Part shown: positions 62,148 to 64,000 of the stretch, one piece after another | Position numbering within the stretch: position 1 is the first letter of the stretch | Layout of the letters: each line of letters starts with the position of its first letter | IMG/VR virus record: IMGVR_UViG_3300045988_130724 | Location: 12,203 to 76,202 of that record | Reading direction: 5' to 3' (one strand) | Length of the DNA: 64,000 nucleotides | From: a virus | Notes under the pieces: generated by a model | Seen by the model: the letters and a program-made list of their open reading frames with translations, nothing else | The model's database searches: none | Told to the model about the DNA's origin: nothing | Translations under genes and position numbers: made by a program

Positions 62148-62714
62148 CTAATCTTTGAAAAGGTTATTCTTATGGGCATATTGGATAAATTCAGATTTCT
62201 CGTGAATATCCAACTTTAAATAAACTGATTTAATATGGTTTTTAACTGTATGAGGGGAAAGATAAAGCCTTTCTGCAATATCCTCATTATTAAAGCCTTC
62301 ATATACCAACTGCATAACTCTCATTTCCGCATCCGATATACGGCAGTTGAATTGTGGACAGCAAATAACGCCCTCATATCTGCATTCACCACGCATAGGA
62401 CATCTCACACGTTCAAAATTGAATCCACCTTTTTTATCTATATCCCTGCTAGTATTATCCAACTCTCCAAAATTGCACTTGCAAAATCTATTTACCATAA
62501 GAAATTGAAAGTATGGGATATTCTGCGAGCTTCTGCTATAACATTCCATTAATGCTTTATACGCTTCAGGATAACACTCCCTTATACGTTCGAGAATATC
62601 TTTCACAAGAACAGTTTCTTTATCTGTTATCGGTTTATTGCTTCCGTCAGGAAACATGCACCAAAGCTCATCTTCAAATATGTAAAACTCCAAATCCTTC
62701 ATCATTTCACACAT
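62148..62714 (-). CDS. LuxR/GerE-type HTH regulator with Cys-rich N-terminal part
   Basis: ISDAEMRVMQLVYEGFNNEDIAERLYLSPHTVKNHIKSVYLKL is a GerE HTH. Upstream lies RCPMRGECRYEGVICCPQFNC. Confidence 0.75.
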   Translation of the reverse strand: MCEMMKDLEFYIFEDELWCMFPDGSNKPITDKETVLVKDILERIRECYPEAYKALMECYSRSSQNIPYFQFLMVNRFCKCNFGELDNTSRDIDKKGGFNFERVRCPMRGECRYEGVICCPQFNCRISDAEMRVMQLVYEGFNNEDIAERLYLSPHTVKNHIKSVYLKLDIHEKSEFIQYAHKNNLFKD

Positions 62715-62715
62715 T

Positions 62716-62970
62716 TTAGTCGGACCATAGATTTTCAGGAGATATCCCTGTTATTTCAGAAAGGGCAGCGATATGTTCTGGGTTATTAGGTTTCATTCCA
62801 TATACAACCCAGTTTCTTACAGCAGTAAAAGACACTCCTGTCTTTTTTATCACCTCGTTGATAAACTCAGTTTTGGGATGAGTAGCATTGGGAAGATTTG
62901 AATAATAGTCCTTTAAGGTTATTTTATCACCTTCACAAAGCTTTTTGGTTGTTTTTAAATCATCTTTCAT
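62716..62970 (-). CDS. Cro-position small HTH-like protein
   Basis: 84 aa. First leftward gene, divergent from the cI-like gene. INEVIKKTGVSFTAVRNWV is HTH-like. Confidence 0.55.
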   Translation of the reverse strand: MKDDLKTTKKLCEGDKITLKDYYSNLPNATHPKTEFINEVIKKTGVSFTAVRNWVVYGMKPNNPEHIAALSEITGISPENLWSD

Positions 62971-62978
62971 TATCTTTG
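62971..62978 (+). promoter_or_regulatory. -7 box TATCTTTG (perfect TAnnTTTG) for the rightward cI-like gene
   Basis: Abuts the Cro-position ATG, 87 nt upstream of the ATG at 63065. Confidence 0.4.
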
Positions 62979-63003
62979 TAGTGTTATATAATTAATAGCA
63001 ATG

Positions 63004-63011
63004 CAAATATA
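63004..63011 (-). promoter_or_regulatory. -7 box TATATTTG for the leftward operon
   Basis: Plus strand reads caaatata, 34 nt upstream of the ATG at 62970. The inverted repeat tataga-N9-tctata at 63017-63037 lies next to it. Confidence 0.45.
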
Positions 63012-63064
63012 CTAATTATAGATAAATAAATTCTATAAAACAGATATATTTAACTTATTTTTAT

Positions 63065-63595
63065 ATGGATAATAGATTAAAATATCTAAGAAAATTTCTA
63101 AGAATGACCCAAGCACAGCTTGCTGAAGTATTGCACATGAGACAAAACAGTTATTCTCAGATTGAAATAGGAAATGTATCACTAACAGATAAAAACAAAT
63201 ATTTGTTAGAAAACAAGTATCATCTAACCCCAGGGTGGTTGGATGGGGAAGATGTGCCAATGTTCATAAAAGGTGATGCAATAGCTGGAATTATGGAAAA
63301 AAGACTTCCCATAACCAACAAGGAGAAGCTAAAAGAAAAGATTTTAGAAGAACTTATAGAACAAAAACTGGAAGGTAAAAGTGATTCCATTTCTATGAGC
63401 AGAGAAGTTTTTGAACAGATATCAAGACTTACTGAAACCGTGTTGTCTCAGCAAAGAACTATAGAATCAATGCAGGAACAGAATAAAAAATTTCTTGCCC
63501 AGCAGGAAAATGTTGTCAGATGTGCTCATGTAAGTGGGTCGGATATTTCAACGAGCGACATAAAGAACCAAAATATTAATAAGGGAATAAGATGA
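63065..63595 (+). CDS. cI-like XRE-family repressor
   Basis: LRKFLRMTQAQLAEVLHMRQNSYSQIEIG is the HTH, plus a WLDGEDVPMF tail and a coiled-coil C-terminal half. Divergent from the early operon. Confidence 0.7.
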   Translation: MDNRLKYLRKFLRMTQAQLAEVLHMRQNSYSQIEIGNVSLTDKNKYLLENKYHLTPGWLDGEDVPMFIKGDAIAGIMEKRLPITNKEKLKEKILEELIEQKLEGKSDSISMSREVFEQISRLTETVLSQQRTIESMQEQNKKFLAQQENVVRCAHVSGSDISTSDIKNQNINKGIR

Positions 63596-63867
63596 ATATA
63601 TCAGATGAAGGAATAGCTATAAGCAATCGTTTTTTTAAAGCTATAGCAATATTAAAAGAACAGAAAAAGATCAGAGGGCTTCAGACTTTCACTAGAAAAC
63701 ACAATTTGAACAGATGGAATGTGAACCAAGTAAAGTTTTATCCAGGTCGAAGTGTGTTAAAGCCTGAATGGATTGTGTATATACATGAAGATTACGGGAT
63801 TTCTGTTGAATGGATAGTACTAGGAAAAGAACCTATTTTTGATCCAAACTGGAAAGAGCATAAATAA
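63592..63867 (+). CDS. small HTH-like protein
   Basis: 91 aa, 4-nt overlap with the cI-like gene. The EWIVLGKEPIF tail resembles Bacteroides HTH proteins. Confidence 0.5.
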   Translation: MNISDEGIAISNRFFKAIAILKEQKKIRGLQTFTRKHNLNRWNVNQVKFYPGRSVLKPEWIVYIHEDYGISVEWIVLGKEPIFDPNWKEHK

Positions 63868-63904
63868 AAAAATGTGCAAGAACTTATCCTTGCACATTTT
63901 TTGA
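63865..63904 (+). terminator. rho-independent (bidirectional A/T-flanked) terminator
   Basis: aaaaaaatgtgcaag-aacttatc-cttgcacattttttg. Confidence 0.75.
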
Positions 63905-63969
63905 TAACTTGCAACATACTATATTACAAGCAATTAATCTATAAACTGGATAAACATTCGTAATGAATA

Positions 63970-64000
63970 GGTCCCGGGTTCGAGTCCCGGTTTCGGCTCA
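63970..64000 (+). other. 3' fragment of a tRNA gene (T-arm plus acceptor 3' strand): possible att core
   Basis: CCGGG-TTCGAGT-CCCGG-TTTCGGC-T-CA ends at the window edge. No matching 5' acceptor, D-arm or anticodon arm lies upstream. Confidence 0.55.

Noticed and set aside
63033-63260. 75-aa minus-strand ORF opposite the cI-like gene.
   Set aside because: It is antisense to a clear HTH repressor ORF and extends into the switch intergenic region.
1-64000. An integrase, an excisionase pair, a holin/endolysin cassette and transposases.
   Set aside because: None of the ORFs shows recombinase (R..H.R.Y), lysozyme, amidase or DDE signatures. They may lie outside the window. Absence is noted but not interpreted further.

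Overview
The window reads as one temperate siphovirus-type phage or prophage of a Bacteroidales host. The host call is an inference from about 38% GC and many Bacteroides-type TAnnTTTG -7 boxes. About 100 tightly packed genes lie almost all on the minus strand, often with ATGA stop/start overlaps.

Modules from right to left:
- a tRNA 3' fragment (possible att core) and a cI-like/Cro-like switch (62.7-63.9 kb)
- a RecT/YqaJ-exonuclease/SSB-like recombination module, interrupted by a free-standing HNH homing endonuclease
- Rha, VRR-NUC and a Bro antirepressor
- a plus-strand HTH islet (51.7-52.7 kb)
- a replication organiser and an HNH protein
- about 35 small early genes, including a compact C5 DNA methyltransferase and DUF-type proteins
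- a tRNA-Gly(UCC)-like gene
- a four-gene amidoligase / PLP / Cys-cluster-GNAT / ParB-like cassette fused to the front of the TerS-TerL operon
- an early-type insert and a second Bro gene, then portal
- a MuF protein with an extra C-terminal domain, and an HD-type alarmone-hydrolase-like gene
- scaffold, decoration-position and capsid genes, connectors and major tail
- a plus-strand two-gene moron (HsdR-N-type nuclease plus lipoprotein) splitting chaperone from tape measure
- tape measure, a Dit-position gene, a 1903-aa fibre with an S74 chaperone domain, and further fibre-block genes

No integrase, lysis cassette, CRISPR array or reverse transcriptase was seen.

The most interesting candidates are the amidoligase cassette, the tail-module moron, the alarmone-hydrolase insert, the MuF fusion, and an ORF-free structured 0.35-kb region.

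All family calls rest on motifs read by eye. None has been confirmed by a database search.
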